From an uncultured Gemmatimonadales bacterium (GTDB lineage: Bacteria > Gemmatimonadota > Gemmatimonadetes > Gemmatimonadales > Gemmatimonadaceae), in contig OY969695.1 of the NCBI GenBank assembly GCA_963701965.1, forward strand, positions 1,888,001 through 1,952,000: DNA of 64,000 nt, written 5' to 3'. Made by a program: the position numbers and the translations under genes. This document shows positions 28,207-37,977 of this stretch, piece by piece. Below the pieces are notes generated by a model, which searched no databases, had not been told where the DNA came from, and saw only the letters and a list, made by a program, of their open reading frames with translations. How positions within the stretch are numbered: position 1 is the first letter of the stretch; each line of letters opens with the position of its first letter.

Positions 28207-29247
28207 ATGCCGCGGATGCCCGCCGAGTGGGAGCCCCACGAAGCGACCTGGATCGCCTGGCCCCACCACGAACCCGACTGGCCGGGGAAATTCGACGCGA
28301 TCCGGTGGGACTACGCCGAGATCGTGCGCGCGCTCGCCCCGTCGGAGCGCGTGGAGATCCTGTGCGCGGATGCCGGCGTCCGTGCCGACGCGACCGAAGC
28401 GCTCACGGCGCACGGCGTCCCGCCCTCGGCGTATCGGCTGCACGACGTCGCCACCGACCGGTCCTGGTTGCGGGACTCGGCGCCCACGGCCGTCGTGAGC
28501 GACGACGGGCGCGTGGCGTGGAATCAATGGCGGTTCAACGCGTGGGCCAAATACGATAACTACGCCCGGGACGCCCAGGTGCCGCGGGCGGTCGCGAAGG
28601 CGACGGGATTGCCGCTCGCCCAAGCCCAGCGGCCCGATGGCGCCGGGCCGGTCGTGCTCGAGGGCGGCGCCATCGAGCCCAACGGCGCAGGGATCCTGCT
28701 CGTCACCGAAGAATGTCTGCTCTCCGCCGTGCAGTGTCGCAATCCCGGTCTGTCGCGCGAGAGCTACGAGGCCGTGTTTCGCCAATACCTCGGCGTCCGG
28801 CAGACGCTGTGGCTGGGCGCGTCGTGCGCGGGCAATGATACGCACGGCCACGTCGACGACGTGGCCCGGTTCGTCGATCCGGACACCATCGTCCTGGCGT
28901 ACGAAGACGATCCCAACAATGTGAATCACGAGAGCTCGGCGGACAATCTCCGCCGGCTGGAGCTCGCGGGCGCCGACGACGGCGCGCTCCGCGTCGTCCG
29001 CCTCCCGTTTCCGCGGCCCGTGCTCATGGATGGGCAACGGCTCCCGGCCAGTTACGCCAATTTTTATATCGCCAATCGGGCCGTGCTGGTGCCGACGTTC
29101 AACGACCCCAATGATCGGGCGGCGCTCAACACGCTCGCCAATGTGTTCCCCGACCGGCAGGTCATCGGCATTCACGCCGTCGATCTCGTCTGGGGGTTTG
29201 GCACCCTCCACTGCCTCACGCAACAACAACCGCGCGGGCGACAATGA
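28207..29247 (+). CDS. aguA: agmatine deiminase
   Basis: MPAEWEPH, WLRD, LEGG, DTHGHVD, ASYANFY, GTLHCLTQQ. Confidence 0.92.
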   Translation: MPRMPAEWEPHEATWIAWPHHEPDWPGKFDAIRWDYAEIVRALAPSERVEILCADAGVRADATEALTAHGVPPSAYRLHDVATDRSWLRDSAPTAVVSDDGRVAWNQWRFNAWAKYDNYARDAQVPRAVAKATGLPLAQAQRPDGAGPVVLEGGAIEPNGAGILLVTEECLLSAVQCRNPGLSRESYEAVFRQYLGVRQTLWLGASCAGNDTHGHVDDVARFVDPDTIVLAYEDDPNNVNHESSADNLRRLELAGADDGALRVVRLPFPRPVLMDGQRLPASYANFYIANRAVLVPTFNDPNDRAALNTLANVFPDRQVIGIHAVDLVWGFGTLHCLTQQQPRGRQ

Positions 29248-29804
29248 TGCGACCGGGCACCCTGTTGGCGACGATCGTCTGCGTCGCCGCCTGCCACAAA
29301 GCGCCGCCGGCGGCCCCTCCGGCGCCCGCGGCCGCGCCCGACACGGTCGCCGCCGTTGATTCCGCCCGCCCGGCACCGATCCAGGAATGGACCGCGGGGA
29401 ACCTCGCCATCGGCAACGGCGTTTTCGTCGTGCGCGGCCGCCCCGGCGGCCGCGTGTACATTGGCGCGGGCAATGACAAGCAGACGATCACGCTCCTCGT
29501 CGATGCCGACGCAGTGACCGATTTCGTCGCCGAGCTCAATGGACGGCTGCCGCCGCACAAGGCCAAAGCCAATGCGCCCCCGGTCGTCTTGGAGGAGCCG
29601 GTGAGCGGCCGGACAATGTCGTTCGGCCGGCACGTGGCGAACGGGGCCTCGCGCTATCGCTTCTTTTTCTCCGATGAACGCGAGGGCAGCTTCTCGCTCC
29701 CGGCGACGCTGACGGAGACGAAGGCCATCCTCGGCGCGCTCACCCGCGGCGTACAGCTCGCGCGTCAGGCGCCACCCCCCGACCCTCCCCACACTGCGCC
29801 CTGA
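29244..29804 (+). CDS. hypothetical lipoprotein
   Basis: Lipobox VAA-C then Pro/Ala linker; ATGA overlap with aguA. Confidence 0.65.
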   Translation: MMRPGTLLATIVCVAACHKAPPAAPPAPAAAPDTVAAVDSARPAPIQEWTAGNLAIGNGVFVVRGRPGGRVYIGAGNDKQTITLLVDADAVTDFVAELNGRLPPHKAKANAPPVVLEEPVSGRTMSFGRHVANGASRYRFFFSDEREGSFSLPATLTETKAILGALTRGVQLARQAPPPDPPHTAP

Positions 29805-29855
29805 CTCGCAGTTGCGCTCGCATGACGGACGGCCACGGCCGTTCGTCGTATAGGG

Positions 29856-31058
29856 GTGACACCCTGGCTGGCTCTGCTGCTCGCGGCACATACATCGGCC
29901 CCCGACAGCATCGCGCTCGACGCCGAGCGGCTTTTCCTGGTCGATCGGGTGATCGCCCACGGTGTCGCCGCCGGCGGGTATCCCGGCGCCGCGGTGGCGA
30001 TCGGGCGCCGCGACGGCACGGTCTGGCTCCGCGGCTACGGCTCGCAGGGCTGCGGCACCGGCGGCTCCCACACCCAAGTCGACCCCTCGCGTACAGTCTA
30101 CGACCTGGCGTCGCTGACCAAAGTCGTGGCCACGACGTCGGCGATCATGGTGTTGTACGATGAGGGCCGCATTCGCCTGGATGCGCCGGCCGCGCGCTAT
30201 CTGCCGCGCTGGGCGATCGGCGCGCGCGCGCACATCACGGTCCGCGACCTCCTTACGCATCGGTCCGGCCTGCCCGCGGGGCGGGACCTGTGGCGCGTGG
30301 CGCACTCCGCCGCCGGCGCCAAGCGCGCGGTGCTCAAGACCGCGCTCGAATACCCGGCCGGTGAGCACTACGTCTACTCGGATATCGGCGCCGACGTCCT
30401 CGGCTTGATCGTGGAAGCCGTTTCCGGCGAGCCGCTCGACCAGTTCGTGAACGAGCACGTGTTCCGGAAGCTGGGGATGACGTCGACGCGGTTTCGCCCG
30501 CCGCGCTCGTGGTCCGATCGCCTGGCGCGCACCGAGGCGCCGCCGGGTCGCGTCCATGATCGCAACGCGGCCGCGCTGGGTGGCGTCGCAGGCCACGCCG
30601 GATTGTTCTCCAGCGCCGCCGACCTCGCTGTGTTCGCGCGCATGATGCTGAATGGCGGACGGGTCGACGGGCAGGGCCCGCGGATCATCCGGGACTCGAC
30701 GGTGGCCCTGTTCACGCGCAAGGAGTTCGGCCGCCGCGCGCTGGGCTGGGACACCTGCGGCGGTGCCAGCTGCGGGCAGATCATGGACGAAGAGGCATTC
30801 GGCCACACGGGGTTCACCGGCACCAGCATCTGGATCGACCCGGCGCATGACCTGTTCGTGATCCTGCTGACGAACTGGGCCTGCGGCGACGAGGCGCATC
30901 CCGTGCCGCCGTGGGCAGCGCTCGCCGATGTGCGCGCCGACGTCGCCGACGTGGCCGAGACGGCGGCGCTGGCGTTCACATCCGACGCGCGGCCCACGAT
31001 CACGCTGCGATCGGATGGCGAGCGCGGGTGGCGCGCGTCCGGCGTTACGCTGCCCTAA
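29856..31058 (+). CDS. serine hydrolase, beta-lactamase class C/esterase family, secreted
   Basis: ASLTK (SxxK), LLTHRSG, YSD, GHTGFTG. Confidence 0.9.
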   Translation: MTPWLALLLAAHTSAPDSIALDAERLFLVDRVIAHGVAAGGYPGAAVAIGRRDGTVWLRGYGSQGCGTGGSHTQVDPSRTVYDLASLTKVVATTSAIMVLYDEGRIRLDAPAARYLPRWAIGARAHITVRDLLTHRSGLPAGRDLWRVAHSAAGAKRAVLKTALEYPAGEHYVYSDIGADVLGLIVEAVSGEPLDQFVNEHVFRKLGMTSTRFRPPRSWSDRLARTEAPPGRVHDRNAAALGGVAGHAGLFSSAADLAVFARMMLNGGRVDGQGPRIIRDSTVALFTRKEFGRRALGWDTCGGASCGQIMDEEAFGHTGFTGTSIWIDPAHDLFVILLTNWACGDEAHPVPPWAALADVRADVADVAETAALAFTSDARPTITLRSDGERGWRASGVTLP

Positions 31059-31077
31059 AGAGATTAACTTTCCCGGG

Positions 31078-31800
31078 GTGAAGGCTATCGGAGCCGCCCC
31101 CCCGGCCGTCGTGCTCCTCTCCGGCGGTCTCGACTCGACCACGACGTTGGCGGTCGCCCGGCGCGAGGGATACGCGATCCACGCGCTGACGTTTCGCTAC
31201 GGCCAGCGGCACGCGCACGAGATCGACGCGGCGCGCCGGATCGCCGCCCAGGCCGGCGTCGTCCGCCACGAGATCGTCACCATCGACCTGCGCGCCTTCG
31301 GTGGCTCGGCGCTCACGGCCGACATCGCGGTCCCGAAGGACCGCGACCTGTTGGATACGAACGCCGAGATTCCGTCGACGTACGTGCCCGCGCGGAACAC
31401 GATCTTCCTGTCGTTCGCCCTGGCCTACGCCGAAGTGACGGGCGCCGCGGACATCTTCGTCGGCGTCAACGTGACGGACAGCTCCGGCTATCCCGACTGC
31501 CGGCCCGAGTACATCGCCGCCTTCGAGCGCGTCGCCAATCTCGCCACGCGCGCGGGCGTCGAAGGCACGACGCGCCTCCGCATCCGGGCACCCTTGATCG
31601 ATCTCACCAAGCGCGAGATCATCGCGCTCGGCCGCTCCCTCGGCATCGATTACGGTCTCACCACCAGCTGCTACGACCCGGACGCCGCCGGCGCCGCGTG
31701 CGGCCGCTGCAATGCCTGTCAGCTGCGACTCCGGGGTTTCGCCGAGGCCGGTCTCGCCGATCCGGCGCCGTACCAGCACGCGCGACTCACGCCCGCATGA
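31078..31800 (+). CDS. queC: 7-cyano-7-deazaguanine synthase
   Basis: SGGLDS, YVPARN, YPDCR, C-terminal Cys cluster SCY...CGRCNAC. Confidence 0.96.
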   Translation: MKAIGAAPPAVVLLSGGLDSTTTLAVARREGYAIHALTFRYGQRHAHEIDAARRIAAQAGVVRHEIVTIDLRAFGGSALTADIAVPKDRDLLDTNAEIPSTYVPARNTIFLSFALAYAEVTGAADIFVGVNVTDSSGYPDCRPEYIAAFERVANLATRAGVEGTTRLRIRAPLIDLTKREIIALGRSLGIDYGLTTSCYDPDAAGAACGRCNACQLRLRGFAEAGLADPAPYQHARLTPA

Positions 31801-32427
31801 CCTACACCGTGCACGAGATCTTCTTCACGCTGCAGGGCGAGGGCGCGCACACGGGTCGACCCGCGGTCTTCTGTCGCTTCGCCGGCTGCAACCTGTGGTC
31901 GGGACGCGAGGAAGACCGCGCCTCGGCCGTCTGTCAGTTCTGCGATACCGACTTCGTGGGCATCGCGCCCGACGGCGGAAAATTCGCCACGCCCGACGCG
32001 TTGGCCGCAGTCGGTCGCGGCCCACTGGCCTCACGACGCGCCCGAAAGATTCGTCGTGTGCACCGGCGGCGAGCCGCTGCTGCAACTCGACGCGCCCCTC
32101 GTCGACGCCTTCCACCGCGCCGGCTTCGTTGTCGCCATCGAGACGAACGGCACGCGCCTGCCGCCGCCCGGCGTGGACTGGGTGTGCGTGTCGCCAAAGG
32201 CCGACGCGCCTCTCGAGCTCACCACGGGCGACGAGCTCAAGCTGGTGTACCCGCAGGAGCGCGGCGAGCCGGAACGCTATGCGACCCTGGCCTTCCGACA
32301 TTTCTTTCTGCAACCCATGGACGGACCCGATCGGGAGGGCAATACGCAGCGCGCCATTGCATACTGCCTGGGCCATCCCCGCTGGCGGCTCTCCGTCCAG
32401 ACCCACAAGGTGCTGGGCCTCCGTTGA
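31797..32427 (+). CDS. queE: 7-carboxy-7-deazaguanine synthase (radical SAM, CX14CX2C type), 1-nt frameshift near 32011
   Basis: [31 protein letters not shown], then shifted frame [26 protein letters not shown]. Confidence 0.93.
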
Positions 32428-32792
32428 TGGAGATCTTCGCCGAGTTCGCGTTCGAGGCGGCGCATCGGCTGCCGTGCGTCCCGCCGACGCACCCCTGTTA
32501 CCGGCTCCACGGACACTCGTATTTCGTGCGCGTCGCCATGAGTGGCGCGGTCAATGCGCAGACCGGCTGGGTGCGGGATTTCTACGACATCACAGCGGCG
32601 TTCGAGCCACTCCGTATCCAGTTGGATCACCACCTGTTGAACGAGATCCCGGGACTGGACAATCCGACCAGTGAACATCTGGCGCGTTGGATCTGGCGCG
32701 CGCTCAGTCCATCGTTGACGTCCCTCAGCTCGGTCGAAGTCAGGGAGACCCGATCGATGGGATGTATTTATCGGGGCGAGGCCGACCGATAA
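32427..32792 (+). CDS. queD: 6-carboxytetrahydropterin synthase
   Basis: FEAAHRL, CYRLHGHSY, LDHHLLN, NPTSE; TGATG overlap with queE. Confidence 0.95.
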   Translation: MEIFAEFAFEAAHRLPCVPPTHPCYRLHGHSYFVRVAMSGAVNAQTGWVRDFYDITAAFEPLRIQLDHHLLNEIPGLDNPTSEHLARWIWRALSPSLTSLSSVEVRETRSMGCIYRGEADR

Positions 32793-32798
32793 TACGGA

Positions 32799-32832
32799 AT
32801 AGCACAGCTCGCCTGGGCACGCTCTGTGCTAT
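32799..32832 (+). promoter_or_regulatory. 9-bp inverted repeat overlapping a sigma54-like -24/-12 element
   Basis: ATAGCACAG-N16-CTGTGCTAT; contains GGCACGctctGTGCT (GG-N10-GC) upstream of the NlpC/P60 gene. Confidence 0.45.
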
Positions 32833-32871
32833 ATCATCCGCGCGCAGTCTTCGAAAACCCAAGCTCAACTA

Positions 32872-33513
32872 TTGGGGAAGCTCTTGAGAACTCCCTCCGG
32901 CATTGCTCTGCTCTTTGGTTGCCTCGCGCCCGCACTGCGGGCGCAGAGCGTGCCTGCGATGGACTCGACCGTCTTTCCGGCGCCTCCGGCCGTCGTTCAG
33001 GAACCGGTGCTGGACCGGCCATTTTCGGCGTTCAGCATCTCGGCGCTCTCGCTTCGCGATTCCATAGTCTCTTTGGTCCGCCGCCAGCTCGGGACCAAGT
33101 ACCGGCGAGGCGGCGAGTCGCCGAAGCATGGATTCGACTGCAGTGGGCTGGTGCACTATGTGATGTCGGCGCTCAACGTCGAGCTGCCGCGCACCGCCAA
33201 GGATCAGGCCAAGTCCGGGCAACTCATTCCCCGCGATGCGTCGAGCCTCAAACCCGGTGATCTGCTGACCTTCGGGTTCGACAAGAAGATCTCGCACATC
33301 GGGATCTACGTCGGCGACGGACGGTTCGTGCACGCGTCGAGCGCCGCCGGCCGCGTCATCGAAAGCCCGCTCGACCGCCCGGTCGTCCGGCGGGTCAAGC
33401 CGTGGCGCGGCGCCCGCCGTGTCATTCCCGAGGATTCGGTCGTGGCGCAGAGTCCGGCGGCGGCGCCGGAGAACCCGACGGAAGCGGCAGCGAATCCGAC
33501 GGGGCGGGACTAG
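32872..33513 (+). CDS. NlpC/P60 (C40) peptidoglycan peptidase
   Basis: Signal peptide; YRRGG, FDCSGL, LPRTA, PGDLL, HIGIY, FVHAS. Confidence 0.92.
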   Translation: MGKLLRTPSGIALLFGCLAPALRAQSVPAMDSTVFPAPPAVVQEPVLDRPFSAFSISALSLRDSIVSLVRRQLGTKYRRGGESPKHGFDCSGLVHYVMSALNVELPRTAKDQAKSGQLIPRDASSLKPGDLLTFGFDKKISHIGIYVGDGRFVHASSAAGRVIESPLDRPVVRRVKPWRGARRVIPEDSVVAQSPAAAPENPTEAAANPTGRD

Positions 33514-34624
33514 CAACGCTCGACGGCCGCCGCGACACGACGCCGGTGGCCGAATCGACCGCGACGCCGGTCGAAGGAAAGTCCAACGCACTGAGGGAGT
33601 CCACCAGCATTCGCGCCCGCGACGTCGAGTCGGGCGACACGATGCCCTGCGCCGGCTGCACCGTCGCCGCCAGGCGCACATCGCGCGGGCGCCCTGCGGA
33701 GTCGAGCGTCGCGCACACGACCGCGCCCCGTCGCGCGGGTTCGGCCAGCGCGAACGGGCCGTAGTTCACGAGGTTGCCCAGCGAGTACAGCACGAGCGCG
33801 CTGTCGCGCCACTCGGCCGCCCGCAGCACGTGGGGACCGTGGCCCACGACCATGACGGCGCCCGCGTCAATGACGCTCCGCGCAAAGGCCACGACGTTCC
33901 CTCGATCCTCGCCCACGTAGTGCTCGGTCGAGTCGCCCGTGCGCTGCGCCAGGACGCCCTCGGCGCCCATGTGGGCCGTGACGATCACGCGCCGATAGCG
34001 CTCCACGGCGCGGGCCACGATGCGCTCGACCGCGGACAGATCGCCGACGCCGGGGCTCGACCACGCGCTGAATCCGAGGATGGCAATGGTGTCGCCGCGG
34101 GCGGTCACTGCCAGCGTCGGTATCGTGTCGGCGCCCGTCACGCGGACACCGGCCGCGCGCAACAAATGGACCGAGTGCGCGAACCCATCGTCGCCCGCAT
34201 CGTGGGCGTGATTGTTGGCGACGTTGGCCACGACCACCGTCGTGGTGTCACCCAGGCGCCTCAACGCCGCGACCGCCGCGGCGGGCTGTCGGAGCGCAAA
34301 ACAGTGAGACGGCGTGTCAGGGCCCAGCGCGCGGCGGTTTCGCCGCCGGCGCGCTTTCAGCGTGCATTTGTCATTCGTGATCGGATCATCCCCGAATGCG
34401 CCTTCCGCGTTGAACAAGACGATATCCGCACCGGACATCATCGGGCGCACCGGCATCAGGAGAGAGTCAGCGGACATCAAGCGCTTGCGCCAGTCGCCGT
34501 GTGTGATGCCGGTGACCGTCCGACCCCAGGTGCTGTCGAGGTTCGTGCCCAGGGTGACGTCGCCGCCGGCACAGACCCGCACGCTGTCGCAGGCCAGGGT
34601 GAACGCCAGCGCCAGTGCGATCAC
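33422..34624 (-). CDS. CapA (PGA_cap) family metallophosphatase-fold protein
   Basis: GGDVTLG, FNAEG, ANNHAHD, HMGAE, GHGPHV, YSLGNL; GTG 34624 overlaps the upstream stop. Confidence 0.9.
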   Translation of the reverse strand: MIALALAFTLACDSVRVCAGGDVTLGTNLDSTWGRTVTGITHGDWRKRLMSADSLLMPVRPMMSGADIVLFNAEGAFGDDPITNDKCTLKARRRRNRRALGPDTPSHCFALRQPAAAVAALRRLGDTTTVVVANVANNHAHDAGDDGFAHSVHLLRAAGVRVTGADTIPTLAVTARGDTIAILGFSAWSSPGVGDLSAVERIVARAVERYRRVIVTAHMGAEGVLAQRTGDSTEHYVGEDRGNVVAFARSVIDAGAVMVVGHGPHVLRAAEWRDSALVLYSLGNLVNYGPFALAEPARRGAVVCATLDSAGRPRDVRLAATVQPAQGIVSPDSTSRARMLVDSLSALDFPSTGVAVDSATGVVSRRPSSVASPAPSDSLPLPSGSPAPPPDSAPRPNPRE

Positions 34625-35604
34625 GGTCCGGGGCTGACGCGCTGGCCGCGCGTCGGCTCTCCCCGGGTGACCGGCGCGCCGTCGGCGACGTAGTGCTGGA
34701 ACTGCGCCGGCATCCCGGCCCCGACCATGAACGACGGGGTGCTCTGCAGGTGATAGTGCAGGTGGGGCTCCGTGGAGTTGCCGCTGTTTCCGCAACGGCC
34801 CACCGCGGCGCCGGCGACGATCCGCTCGCCGGCCTTCACGCGGATCGAGCCGCGTTGCAGGTGGGCCAGAAACGAGTACTCCCCGTTTCCGTGATCGATG
34901 ATGATGTGATTCCCGAGGTCATCACCGGTGTTGGACGTTCCCGGTGCGTTGTCGGCCATCGTGTCGACCGCCTCGACGACAATGCCGGGTCCTGGGGCCA
35001 GGATCGGGTGGCCGAAGCAGTAGTAGTCGGTGGCGCTCGTCCCGGCTCCCTTGTGCGTCGCGCCACTCTGGGCGATGACGAAGTCGATCGCGAACCGCTG
35101 GTCCGGGGACGAGGCGTGACGATTCTGCGCCAGCGTGCGGCCGCCCCACAGCACGAGCCACTCGCCGGCGAATGGCAGGCGTAACGGCGTCTGGGTGTGA
35201 TAGTCGAGGAACCCGCTCGCGGCCTCGGAGACCGGCAATGGGCGCACGGAGAATCCGCCAATGCCGCCGTTCGAGTCGATCGCCCATTGCACGATCACCA
35301 ATTGATTGATCTTTTCGACCGCGATCAGCTCATCGTACAGCACGTAGGGCGGGCGCGGGGTCTCGGTCTCCGACACCACCGATTGTTCGGCGCCGAGTTG
35401 ATCGCGGAGCCGCGTCCGGATCGAGTCCAGCCGCGCGCTGTCGATCGTCTGGCGCAGCGCGGGCGTGAAATGGGCGAACAGCTCGGGCAGGTGGTCGGTG
35501 AAAAACCACTCCGTGTAGCGCCGCCCCTGCGTGCGCGCGTTGTCGGTCTGGGCGGCCGCGTAGGGCGCGGCGACGAGCGTTAGTCCGGCGAGAAGCGCAC
35601 ACCA
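34621..35604 (-). CDS. M23 family metallopeptidase with N-terminal DUF3887-like domain
   Basis: WGG...H...QRFAIDF, GNHIIIDHG, LAHL, GNSGNSTEPHLHY. Signal-like LLAGLTLVAAPYAAA; start codon not resolved. Confidence 0.88.
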   Translation of the reverse strand, partial: WCALLAGLTLVAAPYAAAQTDNARTQGRRYTEWFFTDHLPELFAHFTPALRQTIDSARLDSIRTRLRDQLGAEQSVVSETETPRPPYVLYDELIAVEKINQLVIVQWAIDSNGGIGGFSVRPLPVSEAASGFLDYHTQTPLRLPFAGEWLVLWGGRTLAQNRHASSPDQRFAIDFVIAQSGATHKGAGTSATDYYCFGHPILAPGPGIVVEAVDTMADNAPGTSNTGDDLGNHIIIDHGNGEYSFLAHLQRGSIRVKAGERIVAGAAVGRCGNSGNSTEPHLHYHLQSTPSFMVGAGMPAQFQHYVADGAPVTRGEPTRGQRVSPGP

Positions 35605-36341
35605 ATATTCATGACGCCGTACCGGTTGTGCGGGGTTGGCGGCGTGGGTTCGGCGAAGAAATGGGCGTAGGAGCCCATGAAGCTCATCCGCAGGACCTGG
35701 AGGGCGGCGATGCCGCCATAAATAAACGTGACGTCCCATTTGGACAGATTCGAGGTTTGGGCCATGTACGCCACATCGCTCACGGAGCCGTTGCGGCCGA
35801 GCGTGATGTAGAAAGCTGTCGTGGCCAAACCCCCGAAGAGAATCCCGCGCTCGAAAGTCGACCCGCGGGAATGGGGAATATCGAGGATCGCCTCGTCCAA
35901 GAGCGTCTGGACCGTGAGGCCCGCGCTCGAGAATATGAACTGCTTTTCGGGGTCGAGCGTGGCGTCGATCCCCGAGTAGATCGTGGGGCGCCCCTTGTTG
36001 AAGCCGAATGTGGGGTGGGCGCCGACGGCGTAGGACGCGACAATGTGGCCGGATTCATGCGCGGCCAGGCTCGTCAGGCCGCCGGCGAAGAACACCACCC
36101 AATGGTGGGCCCCGCCGCCCCCGCGCGCCGTGTCCGCGCGACCCGGCGGAATCGTCTCCGCCACCCCGAGTCGGGTGAGAGTGTCCGGCCGGCCGGCACG
36201 CACGGTGTCCCGCACGGGGGTGTCCGGCCGACCGGTGCGAACCGTGTCACTTTGCGCACACACGACTCGGAGCGGAGCGACGACGAGAAAGAGCGCGAGC
36301 GCCAGCGCGCCACGTGCGAGCGTGAGCGCGCGCCGCGTCAG
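35580..36341 (-). CDS. exported/membrane protein with HExxH motif (M50-like)
   Basis: Signal-like N-terminus, duplicated DTVR.GRPDT, hydrophobic helix ending AAHESGH, SSAG motif, further TM helices. Start uncertain. Confidence 0.6.
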   Translation of the reverse strand: MTRRALTLARGALALALFLVVAPLRVVCAQSDTVRTGRPDTPVRDTVRAGRPDTLTRLGVAETIPPGRADTARGGGGAHHWVVFFAGGLTSLAAHESGHIVASYAVGAHPTFGFNKGRPTIYSGIDATLDPEKQFIFSSAGLTVQTLLDEAILDIPHSRGSTFERGILFGGLATTAFYITLGRNGSVSDVAYMAQTSNLSKWDVTFIYGGIAALQVLRMSFMGSYAHFFAEPTPPTPHNRYGVMNIGVRFSPD

Positions 36342-36354
36342 CGGCGTCGCGCGA

Positions 36355-37966
36355 CTACGTAGTCGAGAGGGCCGGCAGGGCCGCCACGGGCGCGCTGGCG
36401 ACGCGGGCACGGAGATGATCGGCGAGCCGCAGGGCGAGCGCGATGATCGTGAACGTCGGGTTGGCATACCCGCAGCTCGGAAACACCGAGCTGCCGGCCA
36501 CGAACAAATTCGCCACACTATGGACCCGACAGTTCTCATCGACGACCCCGGCTTTGGGATCCCGCGCCATGCGCGTGGTCCCCATCTCAATGCCACCCTC
36601 CTCCGGTGGCTTCGTCACTCGGCACCTCATCCCCGTACGGCGGTAAAAACACTCGCCCCACGCCCGCCGCGGCGCAAGCCTCGCCCAGCAGCGCGACGCC
36701 CTTGCGCACGGTTGCGCGATCTTCGTCGGCGACGCGCCAGTCGAGATCGACCATGGGCACGCCAAAGCGATCCTTGTGCCCATTCAGCATGACGCGGCTC
36801 TCGCGATTCGGCACCTGCTCCGATCGTACGAGGATCTCGAACAGCCGCCCGCCATACGCCGCCATGGACGCCCGGGCACCAAGCGCCCGTGCGACGTCGC
36901 CGGCACCGGCGAGACCGCGGGCCAGCCGGTCGGCCCACCGTGGCCTCCCGCGCCCGCGGACGACCGCCTCGGCCAACGCCACCATGGCCCAATACGCGGG
37001 CGACTGCGTGGCTTGCACCCACGACACGGGCGCCGGCCGCACCTGACGCAGCGACGCGCTGAACGCCAGCAGCTGGCGTTCCCGCACGACGGCCGGCGGC
37101 AGGATGAACCAGGCCATCGGTTCCCGTCCCCGGCGCTGGCGCTCGTCATAGAACGAGCAGTCCACGCCGGGCGCCGCCGCCAGCACACCGCAACGCACGT
37201 GCAGATGCTCGGTGAAGTAGCGCCCCACGAGATCGTGCGCGTTGCCGATCCGACTGGCCAACAGAAGGCGCGCGTTCTCGATCGCGCCCGTCGCCAGCAC
37301 GTACAGGCGCGCACGGACCGTGAACGCGTTGCCCGCCAACGTCTGTACGGTGACGCGCTCGATCGCGCCGGCACCGGTTGCCGTTTGGATCGCCGTCACG
37401 TTGGCGTGCAGTACCGTCTGCACGTTGTCGGCGGCAAAGAGCGCGTCGCGATACGCGGCGCCGAACTCGATCAACGGGCTGAATTGCAGCAACCCGGTCT
37501 CGACGCGGTCCGCCGCCAGCGGCAACACGTGGCGCCCGCCGCGCCCCAGCGCGTCGTTCATTGCCTCGGCCAGCGACGGCAAGCGCAGCAACGCTCTCGT
37601 CCGTTCCGCGAACCGGTCGACGTCCTCGTAAGAGATCGGCCATCCGCTCTCGGGCACCCACGGCCGCGATTCGAAGTCGATCGGGTCCAGCGCGCGGCTC
37701 CAGCCGCCCCAACGATTCGTCCCACCGCCGAACCGTCGCACGCGACAGTCGTCCAACGCGAAATACGGATGCCCGACTACGCCGCCGCGGTAAAGGGCTT
37801 GCGTTTCAGTATCGGGCGTCAGTCCACCGCTTTCCAAGAGGCACACGCTGACCGCCGAGCCGCTGAGCTCGCGGCCCAAGGCAATCCCGGCTGGACCGGC
37901 GCCAATGATGCAGACATCAGCGTCAATGTGATGGCCCGGCGCAAGCGTTCGACCGTCGATCAGCAT
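36355..37966 (-). CDS. GMC family FAD oxidoreductase, 1-nt frameshift near 36589
   Basis: IIGAGPAG, GGGTNRWGG, ENARLLL, EQVPN; after the shift H-x-MGTTRM, GVVDENCRVH, GSSVFP, NPTFT. Confidence 0.9.
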
Positions 37967-37977
37967 AGCTTTGGTGT

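Noticed and set aside
31040..31078. preQ1 riboswitch upstream of queC
   Set aside because: Only 19 nt intergenic, no aptamer stem or A-rich tail; a -10 box sits directly before the start.
31078..32792. queCED as a 7-deazaguanine DNA-modification (dpd) island
   Set aside because: No dpdA/TGT-like, helicase or nuclease genes nearby; ordinary queuosine precursor synthesis suffices.
31698..32792. 364-aa QueE-QueD fusion ORF in the track
   Set aside because: Produced by the frameshift near 32011; the middle is out-of-frame queE.
33422..34624. Poly-gamma-glutamate capsule locus
   Set aside because: capB and capC are absent from the window; stand-alone CapA homologues are common.
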